A stretch of 63,635 nucleotides of DNA, counting the filler, from Octopus bimaculoides (lineage: Eukaryota), in NCBI RefSeq assembly GCF_001194135.2. It is 6 parts of 5 records of this genome, joined end to end, with 100 filler letters (N's around TTAATTAATTAA, not from the genome) between each part and the next. Parts side by side here need not be neighbours in the genome. Positions count along the whole stretch, not along the records: positions 50,525 to 60,160 come from NC_068997.1; positions 60,261 to 63,635 come from NC_068981.1; 4 more parts are not named here. One strand, 5' to 3'. Position numbers and translations under genes: made by a program. This document shows, piece by piece, positions 51,626 to 63,635 of the stretch. The notes under the pieces are model-generated. The model worked only from the letters and a program-made list of their open reading frames with translations. It made no database searches and was not told the origin of the DNA. Position 1 is the first letter of the stretch. Each line of letters opens with the position of its first letter.

Positions 51626-52172
51626 TATCCATTGAGTAAGGTTTCAGTTTTTCGAACGCAGAATTGCCGTTAGAACAGCAGAAATACTGGATAAATTGCC
51701 CTTACAAAGCAGAAAAAAATTTGTCAACAACCAGCCATGGGTCTCGAACTCATATCGCTCAAAGACTCTGGCTGAGTGCTTCGCCATTAAACTAAACTAA
51801 CCGCTGACAAATTCATCGGCGATTTTAGACGCTAAATAGCTAATCTACAACTACGTGTATAAATATAAACAAACTAGCATTTTTTTCTATAAGCGTTGAA
51901 GAAATATCTTCTAATTTGTATCATTACCGTAATCCTTGGTCTATTGCGAGTGTTATGTTCCAAAACCTCCCACATAAATAATTGAAATCTAAAAAATACA
52001 AATACCTATCGGCCAACGAAACCCGCGATATATTGAGGAGTCCGCGGAGGTCAATTTTGCCTTTCATCCTTTCGGTGTCGATTAAATAAGTACCAGTTAC
52101 TCACAGGGGTCAATGTAATCGACTGGTCCCCTGCCCCAAAATTTAAAGCCTTGTGCTTATAGTAGAAAGGAT

Positions 52173-52277
<105 letters not shown>

Positions 52278-52519
52278 ATATAATATCCTGCATACTATCA
52301 AATTCGTTTTATTCCTGTACACACACGCACACACGTACGCACACACACATACACACACAAAGGACCACACACTCACACACACGTTATCATGCATTAATCT
52401 ATATCCACTTATCCTCAGTTAAGTACAGATCGATCTATCCCTATCTGGTCTCACGTTTAACTGCTGCTGCTGCTGCTGCTGCTGCTGCTACTACTACTAC
52501 TATATCTCCATATACTTCT

Positions 52520-52705
52520 CTACTTCTTGAACGCTGCCATATTAATCATTCGATTTATATTGATGTCGCACTTCAGAGACCCCATCAAATATTCTCCAAT
52601 ATCGTTGATGAAGGCAACATTGCCGTAGAACTGCCTTGGCTTCTTCAACACTTCATAATCCCAAACACAATCACTCCACATCTCATGAGAACATCGCACC
52701 GCTCC
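52520..52705 (-). CDS. Unidentified gene, terminal exon (GAVRCSHEMWSDCVWDYEVLKKPRQFYGNVAFINDIGEYLMGSLKCDININRMINMAAFKK*)
   Basis: catatttag acceptor, 62 codons ending TAG, phase 0 matches the previous exon. Confidence 0.7.
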   Translation of the reverse strand, partial: GAVRCSHEMWSDCVWDYEVLKKPRQFYGNVAFINDIGEYLMGSLKCDININRMINMAAFKK

Positions 52706-53538
52706 CTAAATATGAATAGCAGCTAGAATGCAACTGGAACCCTCAGTGTTGCTACACATGCTAGGCCACCCCTAATTGCTTCTTTTTCTATAGAAAATTT
52801 TTTTTTTTTCCGTCTTCTCATCTGTTTCTTGGATCGGTGTTTTCCTATCAAACTGTGCCAACAAGCCATCGCGCTATTGCGGCCTGTATTAATGGAATTA
52901 GCTTGTTCTNNNNNNNNNNNNNNNNNNNNNNNNNNNNNNNNNNNNNNNNNNNNNNNNNNNNNNNNNNNNNNNNNNNNNNNNNNNNNNNNNNNNNNNNNNN
53001 NNNNNNNNNNNNNNNNNNNNNNNNNNNNNNNNNNNNNNNNNNNNNNNNNNNNNNNNNNNNNNNNNNNNNNNNNNNNNNNNNNNNNNNNNNNNNNNNNNNN
53101 NNNCTCCTCTCTCTCTCTTTCTCTCTCTCCCTCTCTTTCTAGATCTTTCTATCTATCTCTTTGTCTCTTCCTCTCTCTTCCGTCTTTCTCCTTCCTTTTC
53201 TCTCTCCCTTCTTATCTTTCTCCCTTCCTTTCCTTCCCCTTCCTTCTCTCCCTCTTTCTCCCCTTATTTCTCTCTCTCTTTCTTTCTTTCTTTCTTTCCC
53301 TCTCTCCCCTCTCTCTCCCCCACACCTTACTTTCACGCTCTCTCCCTCTCTTGCTTCTCCCCCCTCTCTCTCTCTCTCTCTCTCTCTCCCACCCACACTC
53401 AGTTCAACTTTGATATCCCCAATGATTTGGTTTTATTCCTTAGCCTGTGTTCCCTTTACATCGCCGACCTCTTTCTCGTCACCTCCATCAACATCCATTC
53501 CTTCACATATAATGCCACCCTCCATTTTCCTTCTTTAC

Positions 53539-53670
53539 CATTTCCACACTCAGGTAACCTAGCCTAAACGCCTCACGCGAATCTTCCATTGCCCACTGCC
53601 TCCATGAACTGAGATATCGAAGACAATATTGCCGCAATGCCAATCTTATTTCCTCCAAAAGATCGAGACA
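53539..53670 (-). CDS. Unidentified gene, internal exon (CLDLLEEIRLALRQYCLRYLSSWRQWAMEDSREAFRLGYLSVEM)
   Basis: tgtgtttag acceptor, ATG|GTAAAG donor, 132 nt phase 0-0, protein-like composition. Confidence 0.7.
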
Positions 53671-54033
53671 CTAAACACACACATAAAACAAATATAAAGA
53701 AAACATATGCATCGCTCTGCTCCCCAAATATGGATAACACACAACTACATCTCAACAGAAAGATAGGCAGGTACTGGGTGGTTAGTGGGTGGAGGTACAG
53801 TTGTGAATAGTTGAGCCTTCTCAGAGAAGGTGGTTATGTATGAAGGAAATTGATAGGTACACTAGGGCTATTTAATGCGTAGATGTAAGGGGAAAGATAG
53901 GCAGATGTCGAGGATTTGAGGAGTAGGTGCAGAGAGAAATGTAGGTAAATGTGAGAATATTGGTGGGGAGGTGTGGGAGATATTTGTTATTAGGTGTGTG
54001 GAGAGGTTGAGTAGATATGGAGAAATATGTTAC

Positions 54034-54092
54034 GTAAGACACATCCGATGTGCTTTCGAAACAATTGTAGTACTCGACGACCTCTTCCATCA
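54034..54092 (-). CDS. Unidentified gene, internal exon (VMEEVVEYYNCFESTSDVSY)
   Basis: AG/GTAACA boundaries, phase 1-0, joins the next exon in frame; weak A-rich acceptor. Confidence 0.55.
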
Positions 54093-54388
54093 CTTTTATT
54101 TATAGATTTGGTTATTATATTATAAGCAATGCTTGTTGCTTTCGAAATGGAGTTGTATAGCACCTGTCATCTTAACGGAATTTACTGTCTGATCTCGATA
54201 TGGGATGAACTGTTTTCGATACATTGATTAATAGATTTTTTTGATCAATTATCGAGTCATCCGTGTTTTCTATACAAGCCGTGTTTATGCAAGAGACTAA
54301 GAAACTGCATTTCACCACAATTATTCAACTGATCCTAACAATTACGCATACAGACACAGATATGCGTACACGCACACAGTCATTCATA

Positions 54389-54436
<48 letters not shown>

Positions 54437-54508
54437 CATGCACATATTTATAGACACAAACACACGTACGCGCACATAAATACACACACACACACACACA
54501 TATACATT

Positions 54509-55631
54509 TAACCACTCCATCTCAATCTGTACTGCAATAGCAAAGCTTCAATACTGAAGCATTTCTCTTTTTCAAGCACCTCATCATCATTCACAAACAT
54601 TTTCCAGCTGATCCGCAAAATCCTTCTGAGAAATTGTTGGTGAAAACGTTCCATAAGTTTTACATGCTTACGATACACAGTCCAGGTTTCGCAATCATAC
54701 AATAAAGAAGTTAAGATACATTATTGTATACCTTAATTTTTGCCGCAGTGGAAACAGCATGTCTAGACCATAGGCGGTCTTCCAGTTTGCCAAAATCAAA
54801 ACTGGCTTTCTGAATGCGTACTGACACTTCATCATCAAGATTCGTTGATGGGTTTAGTGTGCTCCCTAAGTAAACAAACTTAGAAACCACAGCAAGTTTT
54901 CTTCCGTACATGAAGATTCCTGGGGCTGGCTGAAACATGACAACAGTTTTGGTTAGATTTATGGTTAAGCCAAGTGCCTCACAAGCCACTGAAATTGCAT
55001 TCACAAGATTTTGCATGTCCTCCTCAGTATGAGTGACAATATCACAATCATCTGCGTAGAGGAGGTCTCTAAACAACTTTCGACGGAGAATTGGTGACAG
55101 GTAAGCGTCCGACCGCAAACCAAAGATGAGGTACACAGATTGTCTGAAGTCAGGATTGAATAAGATAAATGTTCCAATTGACAACTGGGAAGATTTAGCG
55201 CATTGCCGAAAAATAAATGGAGAATAGTTGTGTATTAAGGCAAAAATGAATTTGAAAGGAAGAGAATGGAAACATGCAAAGATCAAAAGAAAAATGAGAA
55301 AAGGGGACAGGAATGATGTTCTAATAAGCATTAATGAATGTGATGATCTTACAGGTGATGAATGTGGAAAGATTTGTCTTAGTAAGGCTGGGCTAAAGAG
55401 CCATATAAAATCACACATTACACAACCGCACATTGATTATAGACGGACAGATGATTTCGAATGCTTACTCAGTCATAAAGTATGCAAATCGAAAAGTGGC
55501 TTGAAAAGCATAGTAAAGTTCATGGAGCTGTAAATTATACCAATCACCAAGCTTTCTTGCACTAATTGTCAAAAAGCATACAAGTCTTTGACAGGCCTCA
55601 AAAGCCATATTCGTGCAGCTCATCGATGCTA
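54509..55631. mobile_element. RTE-clade LINE with inverted 5' part (54509-~55082, -) and sense 3' part (~55083-55631, +) ending in C2H2 fingers
   Basis: Minus: RDLLYADD...FVYLGS...YDCETW...LRWSG. Plus: GELVTGKRP...CGKICLSKAGLKSH...CTNCQKAYKSLTGLKSHIRAAH. Confidence 0.88.
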
Positions 55632-55783
55632 TTCTAGGGCATAAAGAAATCAGGCAATGGCTCTACTCGAAATCGAGTTGGCAACCATCATGCATGCATG
55701 TATATGTGCAGATTTGTATGTTTTGTTTTATGTCTGTCTTCTCATGCATATACTTGTATATCTACACATGTCATATATACTTA

Positions 55784-55950
55784 AATGGTAAACTTCTGGA
55801 AAGTTTTACAGATTTTTACAGTTCCTGTGATGGATTGGATTTGTAGTCTTCGAATTAGCTTTCTCTTTTCTGGTTTTAAGAAGCCTAATTTCTCAAGATC
55901 GGTATTTAGGCAGTGTGTTACATATCCCAGGGCTCCATATGTGTGTATGC
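55784..55950 (-). mobile_element. 3' end of an R2-superfamily (RLE-type) non-LTR element
   Basis: GALGYVTHCL...LIRRLQIQSITGTVKICKTFQKF* resembles RLE-type C-termini (from memory). Confidence 0.55.
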
Positions 55951-56502
55951 TATTATTCAGTTTATTTCAAGACTTCTTGCCAATAGAGAAAGAACCGGTT
56001 TCTAACCTAGATCCAAGGCTCCTGTGTATGTATATATGTATTATGCATGTATGTATGTATGTATGTATGTATGTATGTATGTATGTGTGTATGTATGTAT
56101 ATATGTATGTATTATGCATGTATGTATGTATGTATGTATGTATGTATGTATGTATGAATGTATGTATTATGCATGTATGTATGTATAGCAAGAGGGAGAG
56201 ACAGGGAGAGAGAGAGAGAGAATATATACAGAATACATAAGGGGTTTCCACCATCTGCCGTAATGTAATACATATGTACTATTAATATATATGTACTATG
56301 AGTGTTCAGTTCGGTTTAACACTAAAACTCTGGTTTGATCTGCAACTGAAAGCGTGATGTTGAAGCTGCCTATCAGAGGCTGCTAGAAGTGGTTTCTCCT
56401 TGAGCAGGCAGATATAAAGTAAAAATGAAAAAGCAAAACATTTGGCCTCACTCAAAGTCATTTGATTTGTGTGTGTATGTGTGTGTGCCTTTTGTGTGTG
56501 TT

Positions 56503-56575
<73 letters not shown>

Positions 56576-56714
56576 CTTTTGTGTGTGCTTGTGTGTATGT
56601 GTGTGTGTGTGTGTGTGTGTATGAGGATGAATCAGGAAATAATGCAATTTTTATTTGCATTACTTTTTACTTATTCTTGTGTGCGTATAAAGATAGATAG
56701 ATAGAACGATAGAA

Positions 56715-56769
<55 letters not shown>

Positions 56770-56822
56770 AACAAACAAACAAACAAACAAACAAACAAAC
56801 AAACGAAGATAAATAGATATAT

Positions 56823-56865
<43 letters not shown>

Positions 56866-56879
56866 GGCAGGTAGGCAGG

Positions 56880-56928
<49 letters not shown>

Positions 56929-57037
56929 TGCCCCCACCTACCGACCAACCAGCCATCCGTCCATGCAGCGTTGCCAATCTACCAATTTCTAGCGATCCAA
57001 CGTCAAGTAATGAACCAATCCTGGATAGCAATCATAC

Positions 57038-57074
57038 CGACAGCAATCCATATTTCACAGAATAAATCCCACCT
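57038..57074 (-). CDS. Possible upstream micro-exon of the unidentified gene (RWDLFCEIWIAV)
   Basis: gtatag / G|GTATGA, phase 0-1 fits exon 54092; short, so could be chance. Confidence 0.22.
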
Positions 57075-57285
57075 CTATACGCGCACACACACACGCAAAC
57101 ACAACAGGCATACACACATACACACACAAACACCCACTCACAGTTGATGCTAACTAACATCCAGCAAGGCAATCCATTTCCTATATATATACCTTGCTAC
57201 TCAACAAACGCACACACACACATTCACATACACACACACACATATGTTCACACATACGGACACACAAACACACAACATATACACA

Positions 57286-57359
<74 letters not shown>

Positions 57360-58086
57360 NNNNNNNNNNNNNNNNNNNNNNNNNNNNNNNNNNNNNNNNN
57401 NNNNNNNNNNNNNNNNNNNNNNNNNNNNNNNNNNNNNNNNNNNNNNNNNNNNNNNNNNNNNNNNNNNNNNNNNNNNNNNNNNNNNNNNNNNNNNNNNNNN
57501 NNNNNNNNNNNNNNNNNNNNNNNNNNNNNNNNNNNNNNNNNNNNNNNNNNNNNNNNNNNNNNNNNNNNNNNNNNNNNNNNNNNNNNNNNNNNNNNNNNNN
57601 NNNNNNNNNNNNNNNNNNNNNNNNNNNNNNNNNNNNNNNNNNNNNNNNNNNNNNNNNNNNNNNNNNNNNNNNNNNNNNNNNNNNNNNNNNNNNNNNNNNN
57701 NNNNNNNNNNNNNNNNNNNNNNNNNNNNNNNNNNNNNNNNNNNNNNNNNNNNNNNNNNNNNNNNNNNNNNNNNNNNNNNNNNNNNNNNNNNNNNNNNNNN
57801 NNNNNNNNNNNNNNNNNNNNNNNNNNNNNNNNNNNNNNNNNNNNNNNNNNNNNNNNNNNNNNNNNNNNNNNNNNNNNNNNNNNNNNNNNNNNNNNNNNNN
57901 NNNNNNNNNNNNNNNNNNNNNNNNNNNNNNNNNNNNNNNNNNNNNNNNNNNNNNNNNNNNNNNNNNNNNNNNNNNNNNNNNNNNNNNNNNNNNNNNNNNN
58001 NNNNNNNNNNNNNNNNNNNNNNNNNNNNNNNNNNNNNNNNNNNNNNNNNNNNNNNNNNNNNNNNNNNNNNNNNNNNNNNNNNNNNN

Positions 58087-58131
<45 letters not shown>

Positions 58132-58184
58132 ACACAGACGAGCGCGCGAATCAACGAGAGAGATCCTCTACGAGGTCACTGGTC

Positions 58185-58545
58185 CTGCTAAAGATAGTAG
58201 CCAAATCCCCCTCGAATCAAACCGCAGTTACATACTCTGTTAAATATGGTAGCCAAATCTCCCTCGAATTAAACTGCTGTCACTAATCCAGCTAGAGATA
58301 GCAGCCAAATCTCCCTCGAATCAAACCGTAGTCATTCACCCACCTAAAGATAGTAGCCAAATCTCACTCAAATGAAACCGCAGTCACTCAACCTGCTAAA
58401 GATAGCAGCCAAATCGTCCTCGTATCAAACCGCTGTCATTCACCTTGCTAAAGGCAACAGCCAGATCTCCCTCGAAACAAACTGAACTCAGTTAGTCAGT
58501 CATTCAGCCTACTAAATACAACAGTCAAATCCCCTCAATTCAAAG
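58185..58545. repeat. ~50-bp tandem repeat, about 7 copies
   Basis: CTAAAGATAGCAGCCAAATCTCCCTCGAATCAAACCGCAGTCA units. Confidence 0.85.
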
Positions 58546-59639
58546 CTTACCGTCTTTAAGAAGGGAGGGGGGGGGACATGTTAGGTAAAGTATAGTTCTG
58601 GTTGTCCTTAAAAAGACGGTGATGGTCATGTCTGGAACGAGCTTGATCATAGCTATGCGTGATCATGGTTGAGCCGGAGCTAAACAACACACACATACAC
58701 ACACACATACATACATACAATACATACATACATGCATACATACATACATACATACACATACACACATACATACGCACATACATACATACGCACATACTCT
58801 CATCATATCTGCGTATATATTTATGCACACACATGCTCTCCCACAAACTCAACTTTCCTGACATTATCTCCCCCCTCTCTCTCTCCCCCTCCCTCTCCCT
58901 CTCTATCTATCTATCTATCTCTCACTCTCTCCTTTCTTTTTATCACACTGTCCGTCTTCTTCATCCTCTTTCTCTCTCCCTATCTCTCTCCTCCCATCTC
59001 TCTCTCCCCTTCTCACTCCTCTCTCTCTCTCTCTCTTCCTCCCCTCACGTATTCATCACTCCAACTCCAATCATATAAACTCCAATCATATATATACATA
59101 TATATATATANNNNNNNNNNNNNNNNNNNNNNNNNNNNNNNNNNNNNNNNNNNNNNNNNNNNNNNNNNNNNNNNNNNNNNNNNNNNNNNNNNNNNNNNNN
59201 NNNNNNNNNNNNNNNNNNNNNNNNNNNNNNNNNNNNNNNNNNNNNNNNNNNNNNNNNNNNNNNNNNNNNNNNNNNNNNNNNNNNNNNNNNNNNNNNNNNN
59301 NNNNNNNNNNNNNNNNNNNNNNNNNNNNNNNNNNNNNNNNNNNNNNNNNNNNNNNNNNNNNNNNNNNNNNNNNNNNNNNNNNNNNNNNNNNNNNNNNNNN
59401 NNNNNNNNNNNNNNNNNNNNNNNNNNNNNNNNNNNNNNNNNNNNNNNNNNNNNNNNNNNNNNNNNNNNNNNNNNNNTATACAGTATAAATTACCAATTCA
59501 TCCATATAAATATAACTCAGTTTTCTTTCTCTCTCTCTCTCTCCCTCCTCTTCCCTTTCTCTCTTCCTCCCCCTCTCTCTCCATCGCTATACAACCAATC
59601 CATCTGTCCGTCTATCAATCCATCCAGCACTCCCTCTCA

Positions 59640-59685
<46 letters not shown>

Positions 59686-59882
59686 TCCTCTCTCACTCTC
59701 TTCCTCTCTGTAATCCATGTGCCTTTCTACCAATCTACCTAATTATATATATATATATCTATTTCTCTACTCACCTATTTATCCATCTATCTTGCTAACT
59801 GTCAACCAGTTCAGTCGTCCATATTTCAATGAATATATCTATATTATGTCTTTCTGTATCTGTGTGTGCATTGTGTATGTGT

Positions 59883-59914
<32 letters not shown>

Positions 59915-60012
59915 ATCTGTGTGTGTATGTATCTGTATGTGTGTGTCAGTTAAGTGTTGTGTGCGTTTGCTAATCCATCCGTCCGTCTAACTATCTAGCT
60001 ATCTACCTTTCT

Positions 60013-60057
<45 letters not shown>

Positions 60058-60710
60058 ATATATGTGCGTGTGTGTGTGTGTGTGTATTTGTATATCTATA
60101 CACATATATATATACATATATATTCATTTGTATATATGAATATATATGTATATATGTATANNNNNNNNNNNNNNNNNNNNNNNNNNNNNNNNNNNNNNNN
60201 NNNNTTAATTAATTAANNNNNNNNNNNNNNNNNNNNNNNNNNNNNNNNNNNNNNNNNNNNATATATATATAGGCATGGGTGTGTGGATAAAGTGTTCACA
60301 TCATAACTACTTGTTTTTGGGTTCTAATCTGTATAGCATCTTGGACAGGTATCTTTTACCATACCTGAGGCTGACCAGCACTTTGCAAGCAAAATTTATG
60401 AGTTCAAGGGAAACTGTATTGAAGCTGTGGTATATATATAGTCTACATCTTGTGAACCAGCTGTCATATTTCCTCACTGCTGTCAACTAGAAAACATTCA
60501 TTTACTCTTGGTCTTCAGAACCAACTGCTACTTCCTGACTGCTATTAACCTCAAAAACAATCTTTTGCTGAACATTTTCTTATTTCTTTACTGTTATCAA
60601 CCCAAAAGCAATCTTTTACTCTATATCTTCAGAAACACTTTCTTACTGATATCAAACTCTTGCACACTTTCTGTTTCATTTTTTTACATTAATTTACACG
60701 CGCGCGCGCG

Positions 60711-60801
<91 letters not shown>

Positions 60802-61717
60802 GCTCTATCATTTTCTGTCATACTTTTTCTTTCCCTTTCTTTTTTATACATATTCACTCACTTTTTAACCCTCATTTCTTTCTTTAACATACTATCTCAA
60901 TCTTTTTCTCTCACTCTCATTGTCTCACTCATTAATCTGATACACATCTTCTTCCATACATGCACCATTTATTAATAAATCATAATTGTTATATAAATCT
61001 TGCTATATTTCCTTTCCATATCTTAAGATTGTTTACTTTTTATGTCCACATCCACTTTATCTTTTAATACACATAAACACATATATAAATATACATTCTT
61101 ATTTAAGATACATATTTACACCTATCCTTATTTAATAGACACGCATATTCTCTTTTAATATCTATAAACACATTTCAATTTATTACAAAACTGGTGCCCT
61201 GTTTGTTATGACAATGAGAGTTCCAGTTGATCCGATCAATGGAACAGCCTGTTTGAGAAATTAACATGCAAGTTGCTGAGCATTCTACAGACATGCATGC
61301 CCTTAACGTAGTTCTCAAGGAGATTCAGTGTGACACAAGATGTGACATAGCTGGCCCTTTGAAATACAGGTACACCTTATTTTTGCCAGTTGAGTGAACT
61401 GGAGTAATGTGAAACAAAGTGCCTTGCTCAAGGATACAACGTACTGTCAGAAATCGAATGCATGACCTTATGACAGTGAGCTGAATACTCTGACCACTAA
61501 ACCACACACCTATACATTTAGTACAAGCATACACAAACATACTATCACTTAATATATGCAAACATATACAGATTTTCATTCAAGAAGCTTGCTTCCCAAC
61601 CACATGGTTTTGAGTTCAGTTCCATCATGTGGCACCTTGGGCAAGTGTCTTCTACAAGGAGACACAGACATATAGACCCTCACACTCACACATGTACACA
61701 TGCTCACACACACACAT

Positions 61718-61815
<98 letters not shown>

Positions 61816-63236
61816 CAACAACAACAACAACAACAACAGTACAACAGGTTTCTTTTAGTTTCCATCAGCCAAATCCATTTGTAAGGCTTTGGTCAGCTTA
61901 GGTCTATAGCAGAAGTTAATCCTTGTGAGTGGATTTGTTAGACAGAAACTGAAAGAAGCCCATCATATATATCTATATATGTATACACTTATGTGTATGT
62001 GTCTTTGTGTCTATGTTTGTCCTGCCACCATTACTTGGCAACCAATTTTGTTATGTTTACGTCCCCATAACTTAACAGTTCGACAAAAATGAATTAAGTA
62101 CTAAGCTTACAAAGAATAAGTCCTGGGGTCGATATATTCAACTAAAAAACCCTTTAAGGCGGTGCTCCAGCATGGCTGCAGTTAAATGACTGAAACAAGT
62201 AAAAGAATAACAGAATAAAATAGTGTGCGTATTTCTCCTGTTTTTCCCACCAGAAGAGGGCAATATATGTTCTACTTTCAAAGTCTCTAATACTAGAGTG
62301 AGAAAAAGGGGGAAGAAACTGGAGATATGATCTGAATGCTTTCAATGTTGAAGGGAAGAAAGTGAGATGGATAAAACCTACCATTCAGAATACACACAGT
62401 CTATCTGATATACCCTCTGCACAATTTCTTTCCATCCAATAATGAAATTGGACAAACCAAAACTTTGTTGCGATAAGTCTATTACAGAGCAACTTACCCA
62501 AGGTTTCCCAGAATGGGATTAAGCCTAGAAGAATATTATTACAAAATAAACTTCTTAATCACACATGTATTCTCTGCCAATATATATGTACAAATTATTA
62601 CATTTATAGAAGGAAATGAAATTGTGTGATATTCAGATATTTAAAAAAAATCATTTTGAATGAGAGTTGAAATAAAAGTCTACAACCAGGAATTGAACTT
62701 GGGTTACAAACTTGCAAACTCATCATCAGGAGGTTACTTTACTTACATAACACTTGTGTTGGTAAATGTGGATATTAATATAAAATATTCATGAAAATGT
62801 TTCACTATCAGAGACAAACTACCTCGATGTAAAATTGTAGTGAAATCTATTTCTTCTGTTCTCTTAATGAAGCAAGTTGTGTTATGGTCCTTACCTAAAG
62901 TCTGAAGTCAATATATTATCAATAATAAGCTTCAGCTTGTATTTATATAAATTACGAAAAATTGTATGATTTTTGTCTTTCAGTCCTGATTTTCATTTTT
63001 GTAACTCCATTTTTTATGTCCACTTTTCAATGCTTGCATAATGGGTCAGACAAACTTTATTTGAGGCAGATTTTTCTGTGGCAGGTTGCCTTTCCTATCA
63101 CCAACCCGTACCTCTTTCCAAACAAGGGTGATATTTCCCTATGGCCTGGCATGCTTTTGCAGAAATCTGGAAATGAAGGACATTCATTTTGCAGCAATCA
63201 CACAATGTCAGAACAAGGAGACACAAACATATACAC

Positions 63237-63303
<67 letters not shown>

Positions 63304-63596
63304 CACACACACGCACACACACACATACACACACAGAGGTTTCTTTTAGTTTCCCTCAGCCAAATCCATTGAAGTTACATTCTGGTTGCATATCCCCAGG
63401 AAAACATTCCCAATATAAATAAAGGATGGCCATATTTGATGTAATGTTTAAAAAATAGCATTCAAACTAAAACAACAACATGGAAAACATATTACATTTG
63501 CAAGATGTAACAAGAATACCAAATGGTTTATATAAGATGTAAAGATGTAAGAAGAAAACTAAATGATTATGCAAGCTGTTATAGGATAATGAAATG

Positions 63597-63635
<39 letters not shown>

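Noticed and set aside
58185-58545. CRISPR-like array
   Set aside because: Animal genome; the units are contiguous degenerate tandem copies without unique spacers.
62254-62351. Plus-strand exon candidate after a strong pyrimidine tract
   Set aside because: All frames close within ~26 codons, and no partner exons or homology were seen.

Overview
Repeat-rich, gappy animal genomic DNA. The SINE and LINE families, the microsatellite load and the genes point to an octopus (inference). Five identical artificial joins (44 N + TTAATTAATTAA + 44 N) cut the window into six segments: 1-13021, 13122-34186, 34287-41056, 41157-50424, 50525-60160 and 60261-end. Adjacency across those joins is not guaranteed. 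Segment 2 holds 15 phase-consistent + strand exons of FANCM, running from the helicase insertion and C-lobe through a 2.9-kb exon to the acidic DEEA/MM3-like region. I did not find the DEAH N-terminus or the ERCC4/HhH C-terminus in the window. Segment 3 holds four + strand exons of a SEC14L2-type CRAL-TRIO gene. Segment 5 holds the last three exons of an unidentified - strand gene that the ORF track misses in its coding frame. The rest is Tx1/L1-type, RTE, Penelope and R2-superfamily retroelement remnants, mariner/Tc1 relics, MITEs, a Helitron end, tRNA-derived SINEs and simple repeats. Best leads: a tRNA-headed SINE carrying a decayed minimal hammerhead ribozyme, a 136-bp near-perfect palindrome, a pre-miRNA-like intronic hairpin, lineage-specific repeat arrays and split MM2-like motifs in FANCM, and the FANCM/SEC14 juxtaposition (probably an assembly join).
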